Of a stretch of 64,000 nucleotides of DNA, positions 20,182 to 31,854 are shown piece after piece. The position numbers and the translations under genes are program-made. How positions within the stretch are numbered: position 1 is the stretch's first letter; every line of letters starts with the position of its first letter. Source of the DNA: an uncultured Planctomycetota bacterium (GTDB taxonomy: Bacteria; Planctomycetota; Planctomycetia; Isosphaerales; Isosphaeraceae); the NCBI GenBank assembly GCA_963823665.1, contig CAWGMQ010000005.1, positions 1,600,001-1,664,000 of the forward strand. Direction: 5' to 3'. The notes under the pieces are model-generated. The model was not told where the DNA came from, ran no database searches, and worked only from the letters and a program-made list of their open reading frames with translations.

Positions 20182-22456
20182 GTGGTTCTGTGGTTTTCCA
20201 CGGGATTCGTGGCGCGGGCTCAGGATCTTGGTTCGCCTTTGCCGGGGACGAAGGTGCTGACCATGACGGGCGACCTGGCGAGTGAAATGGTCGCGGGGGC
20301 GGATCGGTTTTTGCTCAAGCAGATCGAGGAATCGGCGGCCAAGCGGGAGAAGTACTGGAAGCGGGATTTTTCGTCGGCGGAGGCGTATCAGGCTTCGGTT
20401 GAGCCTAATCGCAAGCGGCTGGCGCACATTCTTGGGGTGCGGGATGCGCGGGTGCCTTCGGACGTGCGAAAAGTTGACAATGGCGTGGTAGCGGCCGCAG
20501 CCTTTTTTCCGGAGCTCAACGCGAGTTATCGGATCGATTCTGTGAGCTGGGCGGCTTTCGGGGATGTGACTGGCGAGGGGATCGAACTGGATCCGAAAAC
20601 CGTTCGGACCGGACCGCTGCCCGTCGTGATCGTGATTCCGGACGCGGACCAGTCGCCCGAGCAGCTTGCCGGTCTGGCTGAGGGCGTTCCGGCCGAATCG
20701 CAGGTGGCGCGGCAATTGGGCGAGAACGGCTATCGCGTTTTTATACCAGCGCTGATTGATCGGAAGGTGGCGGCTCGCAACGGCCGGGCGCGGTTGACGA
20801 ACCGCGAGTACCTCTATCGTTCGGCGTTCGAGCTGGGGCGGCACCTGATCGGCTACGAAGTTCAAAAGGTGCTGGGTCTGGTCGACGCTCTGACATCGAA
20901 TCGGCAAGGGCGCAAACAGAAGATCGTGGTTTTCGGCTACGGCGAAGGCGGCATGATTGCGCTTTATGCGGCGGCCCTCGATTCGCGGATCGGTGCTGTG
21001 TGTGTGAGCGGCTTTTTTGGTGATCGGAGCGACGTCTGGCGGCAGCCGGTTGACCGGAATGTATTCGGGTTGCTGGAGCAGTTTGGTGACGCCGAGGTGG
21101 CGAGCCTGATCGCGCCGCGGACGGTTGTGGTGGAGGCGTGTCGGGGGCCGGAGGTCGTCGTGCCGCCGGGGACTGGTGGTGCTCCGGGCCGGCTAGCAAC
21201 GACGAATCTTGAAACAGTCAAGGCTGAGGTTGAGAAGGCGCGGCGGCTGGTGGCGGGGATGAGCCCGGCTCGTTCCGATCGCGCTGGTTGTAAGCGGGCC
21301 TGATGGAAGCGGGCCGTTCGGGAGTGTCGAAGCCGTGCAGAAGCTCATCAACGTGCTCCCAGCGCCAGAGAAGCCGGTGCCGGCGAAGAATCAGGCGACG
21401 GTCGACCGAAGCGCGCGCGCAATGGCTCGCCAGGCGCGTCAGCTTCACGAGCTTGACCGGCATAGCCAGCAGCTTCTGGTCGAAAGCGCCGATGTGCGCC
21501 GCGAGTTCATGAAGAAGCTCGATGTTTCTTCGCTCGACGCGTTCAACAAGACCGTCGAGCCGTACCGCGAGTATTTTGCGACCGAAGTGATCGGGCGATT
21601 CGACGTGCCGGTGTTGCCGCCGAACGTCCGGTCGCGACGGATCTACGACGAGCCGCTGTACACGGGCTACGAAGTGGTGATGGACGTCTTTCCCGATGTT
21701 TTTGCGTACGGCATTCTGGTCTTGCCCAAGGGCATCAAGGAGGGCGAGAGGCGGGCCGTGGTGGTTTGCCAGCATGGGCTGGAGGGGCGGCCGCAGTATG
21801 TTGCCGACCCGAAGGTGGAGAACCCCTCATATCACAAATTTGCCATAGGGCTTGCCGAGAAGGGGTATATCACATTTGCGCCTCAGAATCTGTACATCTT
21901 CCAGGACCGGTTCCGCACGCTGCAGCGCAAGGCGAACCCGCTCAAGAAGACGTTGTTCTCGCTGATTGTGCCGCAGCATCAGCAGATCACGGACTGGCTC
22001 AAGTCGCTGCCGTACGTTGACCCGGGGAAGATCGCGTTTTACGGGCTGAGCTACGGCGGGAAGTCGGCGATGCGGATTCCGCCGCTGGTGAAGAATTACT
22101 GTCTTTCGATCTGCTCGGCGGATTTCAACGAATGGGTGTGGAAGAACGCGTCGACAAAGAGCCCGTACAGCTATGTGTGGACGCCGGAGTACGAGATTTT
22201 CGAGTTCGATCTGGGGAGCACGTTCAATTACGCGGAGATGGCAGCGCTCATTGCACCTCGGCCGTTCATGGTCGAGCGCGGTCATTTCGACGGTGTGTCA
22301 TCGGACGAAGCGGTCGCTTACGAGTTTGCCAAGGTGAACTTTCTGTACGATGCCAAGCTCGGGATCGGGGACCGCTGTGCGATCGAGTTCTTCGTCGGTC
22401 CGCACACCATCAACGGTAAGGGAACCTTCGCGTTTCTTGAGAAGCATTTGAAGTAA
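20182..22456 (+). CDS. Secreted two-domain alpha/beta hydrolase (dienelactone hydrolase-like); frameshifted around 21270-21340; start uncertain
   Basis: GYGEGG in domain 1; CQHGLEG and GLSYGG in domain 2; repeated ALIAPR; C-terminal GPH. Confidence 0.75.
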
Positions 22457-22466
22457 TCGAATCGTG

Positions 22467-23954
22467 TCAGAGCTCCCAGACGCGGCGGCCTTTCAGGAAC
22501 ATGGTGATGTAGCCGTCTTCGCTCACTTTCAGCACGGGTCCGTGCTGGGAGGCAGCCAGGCCGGCCAGGGTGCGTGCGCCCTGGACGGCCCTGCCGAGCT
22601 CGAGTGTTTCCGGGGCGATTCGCAGGATGGCGCCGAAGGTGATCAGGTTGCCGTTCGAGTCGACGACCACGGCGCCGTCCAGGCAGGCGATTGCCTCGAG
22701 GACCGAGGGCTCGATGTCGGCCAGCTTCATGCCCCTCACGACGTGATGAAGGGCTCGCTTGGCGTGTTTGGGCGAGAGGTTTTCGGGATCCTGGGGGTCG
22801 TCGCGGACGATTTCGGTCTTGATCTGATCGGCGGGGGCGACGAGCTGCGGCACGGAATGCTCGGGGTCGCGCACCACGACGAAGAGTGCACCCAGGCGTG
22901 CTTCGCACAGGTTGAGTGCGGCCTGGAAGATCGAGGATGCGAGCTCGCGCCAGCCGGAATGTCCGACCGCGGCGCACCAGACTGCGAACTTGCTGGGGAT
23001 ATCGAGCAATCGCCAGCGAGCGTCGCTGAAGCTAAACATCAGGGTCCCTTCGGCGAAGACCTTGATTTCCTGGGAGGGAGAGAGGACGAGGCAGACGTGG
23101 CCGCCGGAGCGAGTGGCCTTGGCATGGCTCAAGTAGGGGCGTGGGCAGGGATGGACCAGGGGCTCGCTACCCTGGGTGGCCTCTGCCCAGCGGGCGATGT
23201 CGATCATGCGGACGAGGTCACCCTGGCGATCGACCAGGAAAAGGGTGCGGACGCCGTCGCAGAGGCGGTGGAAGCCCTTGATGGCGGTGAGGCGTGCGGT
23301 GAAGCTGGGTGCACCCTCGATGTTCTTGTAGGCCGGGGCGGCTTGATCGTGCTCGGTGCCGAGCAAAAGGGCACCAGTGGAGACTTTCCGGTTCTCGTAT
23401 GTCGAGAGCGCTGCGACGCGAAGTGCCTCGAGAGCAGCGGGTATGCGGTAGGGGCTGATCGAATCGAGGTAGTCGGCGACGATCAAGTCTTCCGTCTGAT
23501 ACTGGAAACGCTCGAAGCGGTGGGTGATCTCCTGATTGAAGAGCCCGCGAAATCGAAGGTCGATGGCCTCGACGATGACCTCGACCAAACGGCGTTCGGT
23601 CGCCAGAAGCGGAGATGGATTTCCGGGCTGGAACATCAGCCGGGTTCCGAGCCACTCGATCTCGACACCGAGGCCGTCGGCATCGTCGTGGAGACGATAG
23701 TAGGTCTCGTCTGCCGAGCCATCCCAGTCGATGATGCTTCGATCGCCGGCGACGTCGAGGACGGCGTCGGGAAAGAAATGCTCAAGCGTACGCCTGAGCA
23801 CCATATGGTAGACGCCCACGATTCGAGAAATCGGCCCGCCGGTGCGCTCGGCCTTTATCGACGATCTCAAGTCAGGGGGGTAATGCATGCGTTTCCGTGC
23901 ATTCCGAAAGTGATTGCGATGCCCGTGAGCGCGGTTCAGGTGTCTCATTGCCAT
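22467..23954 (-). CDS. Diadenylate cyclase (DisA_N/DAC) domain protein with N-terminal sensor-like region
   Basis: LGALFVVV...LDGAVVVD.NG.L..FGAIL...GARTLA...KVSEDG.I. Confidence 0.75.
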   Translation of the reverse strand: MAMRHLNRAHGHRNHFRNARKRMHYPPDLRSSIKAERTGGPISRIVGVYHMVLRRTLEHFFPDAVLDVAGDRSIIDWDGSADETYYRLHDDADGLGVEIEWLGTRLMFQPGNPSPLLATERRLVEVIVEAIDLRFRGLFNQEITHRFERFQYQTEDLIVADYLDSISPYRIPAALEALRVAALSTYENRKVSTGALLLGTEHDQAAPAYKNIEGAPSFTARLTAIKGFHRLCDGVRTLFLVDRQGDLVRMIDIARWAEATQGSEPLVHPCPRPYLSHAKATRSGGHVCLVLSPSQEIKVFAEGTLMFSFSDARWRLLDIPSKFAVWCAAVGHSGWRELASSIFQAALNLCEARLGALFVVVRDPEHSVPQLVAPADQIKTEIVRDDPQDPENLSPKHAKRALHHVVRGMKLADIEPSVLEAIACLDGAVVVDSNGNLITFGAILRIAPETLELGRAVQGARTLAGLAASQHGPVLKVSEDGYITMFLKGRRVWEL

Positions 23955-24339
23955 GAGCGACAGAATCCATTCTGTATTCGGAACGCCGATCGATCCAGCG
24001 TCTCGCGCCTCGCATCAATCCATCGAATGAGGCAGCAGGTTACACGGCGGAAGGATTATCGAGCAAGTTCGGCTGAACCCACGTTCAATCTTAACGGATT
24101 TCGGGGTTGGGGAGATGACAGGTTATCCGACCGAAACGTGATTGAAGCAGCACTGGCCGGAAGGTCGATGAAAAGCCGAGTGTGGTGGGTCAGGCAGGCA
24201 CCGGACTTGCCGCCAAGTCGAACTCCTGTTACGATCCGCCGCTTTTCGGCGCGGCAAGCCGAGACCTGGGATCGATCGCCGGAGCTGGAGACGGACTCGA
24301 TCAAGGCGGGCGGTCGCGTTTTGAAGGGAGACGGATGAG

Positions 24340-25002
24340 ATGACCCACGGGCGTGTATGGCTTCGCCGCGGCGTCCTGGTCGTGACGGCGGCGGTTGCGC
24401 TGCAACAGCTCTGGCGTCATGGCCATGATTATGTTTTCCCGAGCCGGCTGGTCACTGTCGAATCGGGCAAGATCTTCCGAGGAGCCTGGCAGAAGCCCTG
24501 GCCGATGCGCGCGATCATTCACGATCACAAGATCAAGACGGTTCTCGCGCTCGCCCACACGATCGACGATCCGCTCGTGATCGCGGAGAAGGAACTCTGT
24601 GGTCAACTGCGTGTGAACTGGGTGCATATTCCGATCGTGGATCAACGAGGCACGGGCGACAAGGCTGCTGAAGAAGGGATCTCGGATCTTCTTGAACGGG
24701 CAACCGGCATTCTGGCCGATCCGGGCAATTATCCCGTGTTCTTCCACTGCCACCACGGTCTCAACCGAACATCGATGGTTCAGATTGCGTATCGAACCAA
24801 GTATTGCGGCTGGACTCTCGAGCAGGCGGCGGACGAGATTGAGCGCACCGTCGGGCTCGTCAAGGTGAACCACGGGCCGGACTACCGGCATATGGTGTCA
24901 TTTTACGAGACGCGTGTGTTGCCGTTGCGCCGAGCAGCCGCCAAGACAGGCCCCGCCGCCGCGATGACACTCAAGGACCAAAATGAACAAGCGACGAAAT
25001 AG
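24340..25002 (+). CDS. Protein tyrosine / dual-specificity phosphatase family protein
   Basis: P-loop FHCHHGLNRT; IFRGAW and IKTVLAL motifs. Confidence 0.85.
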   Translation: MTHGRVWLRRGVLVVTAAVALQQLWRHGHDYVFPSRLVTVESGKIFRGAWQKPWPMRAIIHDHKIKTVLALAHTIDDPLVIAEKELCGQLRVNWVHIPIVDQRGTGDKAAEEGISDLLERATGILADPGNYPVFFHCHHGLNRTSMVQIAYRTKYCGWTLEQAADEIERTVGLVKVNHGPDYRHMVSFYETRVLPLRRAAAKTGPAAAMTLKDQNEQATK

Positions 25003-25132
25003 ATAGACGATCGGCGAATCCCGCCGGTGTTTGTTCGTACATGCTCAAACGCTTCTTGATTCCGACACGATCATGATTACAATGAAGATTTGACACCGGC
25101 CGGGATGAAGCCACAAGACTTAGTTCATCCTG

Positions 25133-25706
25133 GTGTTACGACGAGCGATTTTCTTTCAACTGCTGGCGGCTACGCCGGCTCCGGAGGTTCCTCTATTGAC
25201 GATCCGCCCTGCACGCGTGAGCGACGTTCCGGGAATTCAACAGCAAATCCAGGTGTTCGCCGATCGGGGACTGATGATCCGCCGGTCGCTAGCGGAGTTA
25301 TACCAGGCGGTTCGCGAATTCGCGGTCGCGGTGGATCAAGAGAATCGGGTCATCGGCTGCGTGGCGCTCCACGTATTCTGGGATGACCTCGCCGAGATCA
25401 GGTGCCTGGCGGTTGCGCCCGACGTGCAGGGTCTGGGAATTGGCCGGCGACTGGTTGAGGCTTGCTGGGAGCTGGCGCCGCGAGCTCGAGGTCAAATCCG
25501 TCTTCGCCTTGACGAGCTCGACCGGATTCTTCGAGCGGTGCGGCTATCAGCAGATCGAGAAGACGGAACTGCCTCAGGCGGTCTGGAGCGAATGTGTTCG
25601 CTGTCCATCGTTTCCGAATTGCCAGGAAACAGCACTAATTCGTTCGGTTGACCGCGAGGGGAACGCAGCGGAGGGGGCACCGAGGCTTGCGGCCGCCGAC
25701 GTATGA
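25133..25706 (+). CDS. GNAT N-acetyltransferase (short ArgA-like); frameshift near 25478
   Basis: IRPARVSDV, GCVALH...LAEIRCLAV..QGLGIGRRLV, FALT...FFERCGY, WSECVRCP.F..C.E.A. Confidence 0.82.
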
Positions 25707-25781
25707 CGGCGGTACGACTATTCGAGTGACAACATGACCCCAAGCGCGCGGTAGAGCCCAATCAAACAACAGGCTTGCACT

Positions 25782-27500
25782 GTGGGAATGCGGAAGGCGC
25801 GGAAGGCGCGGATCGAGGCACATCTGGTCGGTGTGTGCGTTGCTTTCGTCACCGCGTTCTTGATGATCCTCACCGAACCGATGATGGCCATCGTGTGGGA
25901 CGAGGGTTACACCCTCGGCCGGGAAGAGAGCCTGCGCGACTGGTTCCGTGCTCTGCGCGATCCTCCGCGGTTCGCGGCCAAATGGCAGCCTCGACAACGG
26001 GATGACGAACTGGTTCAACGGCCGCCGAGCACACCGGCGCCTCGACGTGAGCAAATCGATACTCGAAGCAAGCTTCTCTTCGACAGCGCCGTCCTGGCGT
26101 GGTTCTGGCCGTTTGCCCGCGAGGAACCGCACGGTCATCCTCCGTTCTACGCCTTGCTCGGCCTGGTTGGAGATTTTGTGGCTCCATCGTGGCAGGAGCT
26201 ACCGCGAGCGAGGCTGGGGCCGATTCTGCTGTTCAGCGTGACGGCGGGAGTGGTCTTTTCGTTCGTTGCGGCCCGCTGGGGGCACTGGCCGGCGGCCCTG
26301 GCAGCGGGAAGCTGGGTGCTCCAGCCCAATCTGTTCGGGCACGGTCATTACGCGGCCTATGATGCCGTGTTGTTATCTTTATGGGTTCTAGCCATCGTTG
26401 CGTTTACCTGGGCGGTTGACCCCGCAGGTGGGGGTGCGGGGGGGCGGTGGAGCCGCTGGGTTGCCGTGGCTGTATTCGGGGCGATTCTGGGTTGCGCGGC
26501 GGGTACGAAGCTGACCGGCTGGTTCCTGCCGCTGCCGTTTCTGGGTTGGGCCGTCTTGTACCGCAGCCGCCAGGGCTTCGTCACGCTGGCGGCCGGCGCA
26601 ATCATCGCCGCGGTCGTGCTGTTCATCCTACTGCCTCCGTGGTGGAGCGAGCCGGTGGTCGGATTATTTCGGTTTCTGGATTCCAACCTGAATCGAGCGA
26701 AATCGATCCTCATCAAGATTCAATTTCTGGGCACAACGTACGAAACCCCAAAGCAATCCCTGCCGTGGTACAACACGATCTTGTGGACCGTATTCGTGAC
26801 TCCGGTCGGGTTTCTCCTGCTGGGTGCCCTGGGCATCTGGACGGCCGTTCGGCATTGGCGAAGCGAATCATTGGGCGTGCTGTTCGCCGGTCACTGGTTG
26901 TTCCTGGTGCTCTTGCGGGCGATGCCTCACGTGCCGGGGCACGATGGAGTGCGGCTTTTTCTGCCGGCGTTCGGGGTGCTCGCTCTGCTGGGCGGGCTGG
27001 GTGCCCGCAAATTACTTGAGTGGTCGAGCCGATGGGGCAAGGTGGGGATTGGCGCGGCACTTTTTGAGGGCGCGGTCAGTGTCGCGGTGATGATGCCGGT
27101 GCCGCTCTCTTATTTCAGCCCAATTGTTGGCGGGCTTCCCGGCGCGGCGAAGCTGGGTATGGAGCCGACGTATTACTGGGATGCGCTCAGCCCGGAGGCC
27201 CGGCGCTGGCTTTCGGACCATACGTTGCCCGGGCGGACGATCGACTTTCGAGGCTTCCCGAATTCGTGGCTCTACCTGCGCCGGACGGGTGAGCTGCCGC
27301 AACAATTGGCACGCGTCGACCGTGGTATACCACAATGGGTCGTGCTGCAGAACCGTCCCGGGGCGTTTTCAGACGCAGACCGTGCGCTCTTGGCGAACGG
27401 TCGCCCGGAGTTTGAGGTCAAGAAGCTTGGCGTCCCCTTGATCTGGATCTTTCCCTACGCCGATCCGGACCGGTTCAATGGGCCGCGAACAAATCGAAGC
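25782..27500 (+). CDS. ArnT/PMT-like (GT-C fold) membrane glycosyltransferase; true 3' end uncertain (ORF runs on to 27965)
   Basis: WDEG, HPPFY, multiple transmembrane segments, PWYN, HDGVRLFLP, LSYFS..VGG. Confidence 0.8.
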
Positions 27501-27638
27501 AAGGAATACCCCAAGCGGGTGCGGCAAGAGTTCGCCGGGCACCCGCTGGGGTTGCTCCGTCTTGGAGAATGGTCACGATCTCGACTGCGTGATGCAGACT
27601 ATCGTGTGAGCTTGGCGGGAAGATCGCCGGAGGACCGG

Positions 27639-28010
27639 TCAGCGCTGGGCCGAGGCTTGGGGCGAGGGTGCGGCATAGTTGTAGACGACCGGCGCGGGCG
27701 TCACGCAGGCCACGACCACCGGAGCACACGTCTTCTTCTGACAGAACTTGGGCAGGCAAAGCTTGGGCAAGGTGATCTTGCAGCACTTCACCTTCGGTGC
27801 GCACGTAGGGGCAGGTTTGCAGTAGGCCACTTTTCGCACGCACGGAACCGGGGGTGTGGGGCAAACTGTGGGAGCCACACAAACCGCGGGAGCCGCACAA
27901 ACTGGTGCCTTATGCGCACAATTCCTCTTCCAACACGCCTCGGCGTTCCCGGTCAGGACCATTGACCCCAAGATTCCCCCGAGGATCAATGTCGTTAGGT
28001 GCCTTACCAT
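27639..28010 (-). CDS. Small secreted Cys/Pro/Lys-rich protein
   Basis: AAGGAG RBS, signal peptide ending AEA, mature part with ~14 Cys. Confidence 0.7.
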   Translation of the reverse strand: MVRHLTTLILGGILGSMVLTGNAEACWKRNCAHKAPVCAAPAVCVAPTVCPTPPVPCVRKVAYCKPAPTCAPKVKCCKITLPKLCLPKFCQKKTCAPVVVACVTPAPVVYNYAAPSPQASAQR

Positions 28011-28167
28011 CGATGCATCTCCTTGAGAAAAACCGCGCGGACCCGGCCCGAACAACTGGCCGCTCGATCAACGCGATATCGGAACTAGGAAAGCTGAGGA
28101 CTTTCCCGGAAGGTAGGGTAAATAATCCGGCGCTGGATTTCAAACCCCCTATCCGATTCGACAAACG

Positions 28168-30669
28168 TTGTGTGATTGCATGGATTTGAAACTAATCGCG
28201 GGCAACTCATCGCATGTTGGGAATGCCTCAGGTGTTTGCGAGGATGGATCGAGAACACAGGGTGCCCACGTCCTGACGCGATTGTCGGGCGAGAACCAAG
28301 GACGCCGTCGCCTCGGGTCGTGGACGGGCGCGTGCCGGGTGAGAGTGGCCACCCTGATTGTCTTCATTCTCGCGCTCGCCGCACTCGTTCCCACCGTCGG
28401 AGACTTCGGTCTGACGTGGGATGAGCCAGCTTACCGGTACAGCCAGGTGCTTTCCGCCCAGTGGTGGGAGGAGCTGGCTCAAGTGCGCGACTTGGATCAG
28501 TTGGAGACGGTGTTCGATCCCGTCACGCTGCTCTATTACTGGCCTTATGGTCGTTATGGGCTCAATTTCCACCCACCGCTGGCAGGTCAGCTTAATCTGG
28601 CGAGTTACGCAATCCTGGGCTTCTGGTTCGCGGATATCCCCGCGCGGCGGATGGCGAGCGTATTCGAGTTTGCCCTGACGATTGTGATTGGCTTCCATTT
28701 CATGGCGCGCCGTTATGGAGTCTGGGTTGGTTTCGCGATGGCCGGCTCATTACTTTTCATGCCGCGGATCTATGGGCAGGCGCACTTGATCGACACGGAC
28801 ACGCCCGGTCTCTTGTTGTGGGCGGCGACCACGCTTGCGTTCTGGAAGGGCGTTCACGAGCCGGGGGCGAGAGGCTGGCGGATCGCTGTGGGCGTGCTGA
28901 TCGGACTGGCATTCATCGAAAAGCTAAGCGCCCTCGCCGTGCTTGTACCACTCTTGCTATGGATGATCGGCGGGCACATTCTGAGGACGATCAGTCGCCC
29001 GGGGGGACGGTTCGACTGGATGGACGGTTTGCTGACAACCAGTGCGATGCTGGCTCCGCTGGCGGTGGCGTTCGAGCAGATCCTGATGTTGCAACAGCGG
29101 CTTCCGCCCCCCATCTTGACGGACCTGTTCGAAGTCCGCCCGGCCGGTGACTGGTCTGGGACAATCCTGGCTGTACCTCTGTTCGTGTGGCTGTTCAGGA
29201 GACTGCTCGGGAGATTATTTCAGAAGAGCAGGCTATGGGGCAGGGAACGACCGGCACTCGAGACTTGGTCGGCCATTCTGGCGTTTGCTCCGGTGGTGAG
29301 CTGGCTCGGCAACCCAGCTTGGTGGCGTGAGACTCTACCACGGCTGGCACATTATTACACGCTCTGCAACGGGCGGCGCGGCGCGTTGCCCGATATCCAG
29401 ATCATCTACTTCGGCCAGGTCTACGAATACAGCCTCCCGTGGCATAACGGCTGGGTGTTCCTGGGTATCACGGTGCCGGTGGCGGTTCTGGGCGCGGCGG
29501 CGATTGGTCTCTTGTGGGCGCTCGGACAGATCAGGAAAGACCGTCTCCCTCTCTATTTCCTGATCCACCTCGTGACGCTGCCGTTCATTCGAACGTTCGA
29601 GACGCCCGCTCACGACGGGGTTCGGCTCTTCCTGCCGGCGTTCTTCTTCCTGGCGGCGTTCGCCGGCTGGGGGGCAATCTGGTCGGCTGATTTCCTGGCG
29701 GGCAAGGTTCGGGTGGCTCGAAGCGTCTTGCGGCTGGTGGTATCGGGTGTTGTTGTTGGTTCGAGCGCAGTGGCGCTGGCCGCCATTCATCCCTACGAGC
29801 TTTCATACTATAACGAACTGATCGGTGGACCACGCGGCGCGTGGGCGAAGGGCTTTGAGCTCTCCTACTGGTACGATGCCTTCAACCCCCCGTTTATTCG
29901 AGCGGTGAACGCCAAGATGCCGCGCGGAGCGGAGGTCGATCTGCTCAATCAAATGACGAACGTGGTCACCTTTCAGGAACTGCAAAGCTTGGGCTTGCTA
30001 CGCCGCGATATCGTACTGATTTCGCGTCAGCCCGATCGGTTTCCGTACGCGTGGCTTCTGACCCAGGATTCGAAGGCAACGGCTCTCACGCGGCTGATGT
30101 TTGCAATGCGCCCGTGGTACGCCAGCGAGCCGCGCCAGCTTGGCGGGGCGCGAGTGGCGTCGGTTATCGACCCGATCGCGGTTTCACGCGCCTGGGCGCT
30201 GCAGGTGCTGCTCGACAGCAGCGGAGAGCGTAGAGAAGAGCCTCTGGCGCCGGAGTGGGTGAGGCGGCACGCGCCGTGGGCGGCTCGCTTCTGGGGCGAA
30301 GGACTCACGAGGGTGCCCCCGCTGGCGGTCTGTGACGAGGTGCTCGAATGGTCACGATCCGATCCTGTCGGGCTTCTTGCCGCCGGACGACACATCGCGG
30401 CGAATCAGCCTGTGGAAGCAACCAGCAGCGGCGGGCGATTGATGCGACTCTTGACCCAGGATCCCAATCCCAAAGGTCTGCGTCACCTTTACTTGAAGGC
30501 GCTCATGCATGCGCGCCCCGAGGCTCTGGTCGAGGCGATCCAGATGCTCAATGCACGCTCAGGCGATATCGAGCGGATACTGCTTCGATATGGCTACACT
30601 GAGCCCGGATCGATTGGCGGCTATCTCGATCGAGGCCTTTCTGATCCACTAATTGACGGAGCAGAATGA
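28168..30669 (+). CDS. Second ArnT/PMT-like membrane glycosyltransferase (start uncertain)
   Basis: GLTWDEP, NFHPPL, HDGVRLFLP, ELSYYNELIGG; paralogous to the gene at 25782. Confidence 0.82.
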   Translation: MCDCMDLKLIAGNSSHVGNASGVCEDGSRTQGAHVLTRLSGENQGRRRLGSWTGACRVRVATLIVFILALAALVPTVGDFGLTWDEPAYRYSQVLSAQWWEELAQVRDLDQLETVFDPVTLLYYWPYGRYGLNFHPPLAGQLNLASYAILGFWFADIPARRMASVFEFALTIVIGFHFMARRYGVWVGFAMAGSLLFMPRIYGQAHLIDTDTPGLLLWAATTLAFWKGVHEPGARGWRIAVGVLIGLAFIEKLSALAVLVPLLLWMIGGHILRTISRPGGRFDWMDGLLTTSAMLAPLAVAFEQILMLQQRLPPPILTDLFEVRPAGDWSGTILAVPLFVWLFRRLLGRLFQKSRLWGRERPALETWSAILAFAPVVSWLGNPAWWRETLPRLAHYYTLCNGRRGALPDIQIIYFGQVYEYSLPWHNGWVFLGITVPVAVLGAAAIGLLWALGQIRKDRLPLYFLIHLVTLPFIRTFETPAHDGVRLFLPAFFFLAAFAGWGAIWSADFLAGKVRVARSVLRLVVSGVVVGSSAVALAAIHPYELSYYNELIGGPRGAWAKGFELSYWYDAFNPPFIRAVNAKMPRGAEVDLLNQMTNVVTFQELQSLGLLRRDIVLISRQPDRFPYAWLLTQDSKATALTRLMFAMRPWYASEPRQLGGARVASVIDPIAVSRAWALQVLLDSSGERREEPLAPEWVRRHAPWAARFWGEGLTRVPPLAVCDEVLEWSRSDPVGLLAAGRHIAANQPVEATSSGGRLMRLLTQDPNPKGLRHLYLKALMHARPEALVEAIQMLNARSGDIERILLRYGYTEPGSIGGYLDRGLSDPLIDGAE

Positions 30670-31854
30670 TTCGATCTGTCGCGGAGAAATCTCGGAGCAC
30701 GGCCTGCGATCAGGAGCGCGACCAGGTCGACTCCGAAGGATCCCCAGTAAGGTGCCGCGGTCGAGACTCTGCCCAGCAGGAAGTTTGCCGTCGAGTAACT
30801 GATCATGCGGGCGAGCGTCTGTGCCGATGTGAGCGTTCCGAAGACAGCCCCCTGCTCGTCCATGGGTGTGATTCGCGAGAGCAGACCAGAAACGCTCGGG
30901 GTGAGGATCCCCTGTCCCAGGCCCAGGAGTGCGAGCGCAGCGATCAGTCCGGGCACATTCCCTGCTTGTGCCAGCGTGATGAAACCAAGAGCAGCGAGGA
31001 TCAGCCCGATGATGATCAACCGAGCCTCACCAAATCGCGGAACAAGCCGGCGAATCAATCCACCCTGCACGATTGCGCTCAAGAACCCCAGCCCGGCGAA
31101 TGCGTACGCCGCCCGCTGGGCGTTCCAGTGGAAGCGACGGCCAAGGAACAGCGCGAAGGTGCCCTCGAACGAACGCGAAGGCCAGTACGGCGAGGAATCC
31201 GATTGCGACCAGACGGCCGACACCGGGCAGTGCGACTGTGTCCACGATGCCTCTGCGACTCAAGGTGCGAGCCGGCTCGCGCGAGCGGCTCCCGCGGGGA
31301 CGCGACTCGGGAAGCCGGAAGAGCACGAGCAGCCACGCGAGGGTCGAGAAAGCGGCTGCGACCAGGAACGGCAGGCGTAGCCGCCAGTCGCGCTCTAGCG
31401 GCAACTCGAGCAGCAAACCGCCGAGCAGCGGCCCGAGCACGAAGCCCAGACCGAATGCCATCCCGATCAAGCCCATCCCCCGCGCACGATGCTCGGGCTC
31501 GGTCACGTCGGCCACATAGGCCTGAGCAACCAGGATATTCCCCCCCGAGGCACCATCGAGCATTCGCGCGAGCAGCATGATCGAAAAATTGTGAGAAAGG
31601 CCCAGGATCAAGAACGAGATGGCCGTGCCTGCCTGGCTGAAGATCAAGACCGGTTTGCGGCCGAAGCGGTCGCTCAGCCGGCCCAGGATCGGACCTGCCA
31701 CGAGCTGGCAAACCGGGTACGCGGAGAACAGGAAGCCAATCTGCCAATCCTTGAACCCATATTGATCGGCGAATGGCCCCAGGAGCGGCATGACCAGGGT
31801 GAAGCCGAGCAAGTCCACCAGGACGACGAGCACAATAACCCCGAGCGGCGTCAT
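30621..31854 (-). CDS. MFS transporter (TetA/DHA1-like); frameshift near 31170
   Basis: VDLLGFTLVMP, GRLSDRFGRKP, GFVLGP.LGG. Confidence 0.88.

Noticed and set aside
22464..24338. 624-aa plus-strand ORF
   Set aside because: Antisense shadow of the DAC-domain gene with no recognisable motifs.
27500..27965. C-terminal extension of the first glycosyltransferase
   Set aside because: It overlaps the better-supported Cys-rich gene on the opposite strand; probably a lost stop codon.
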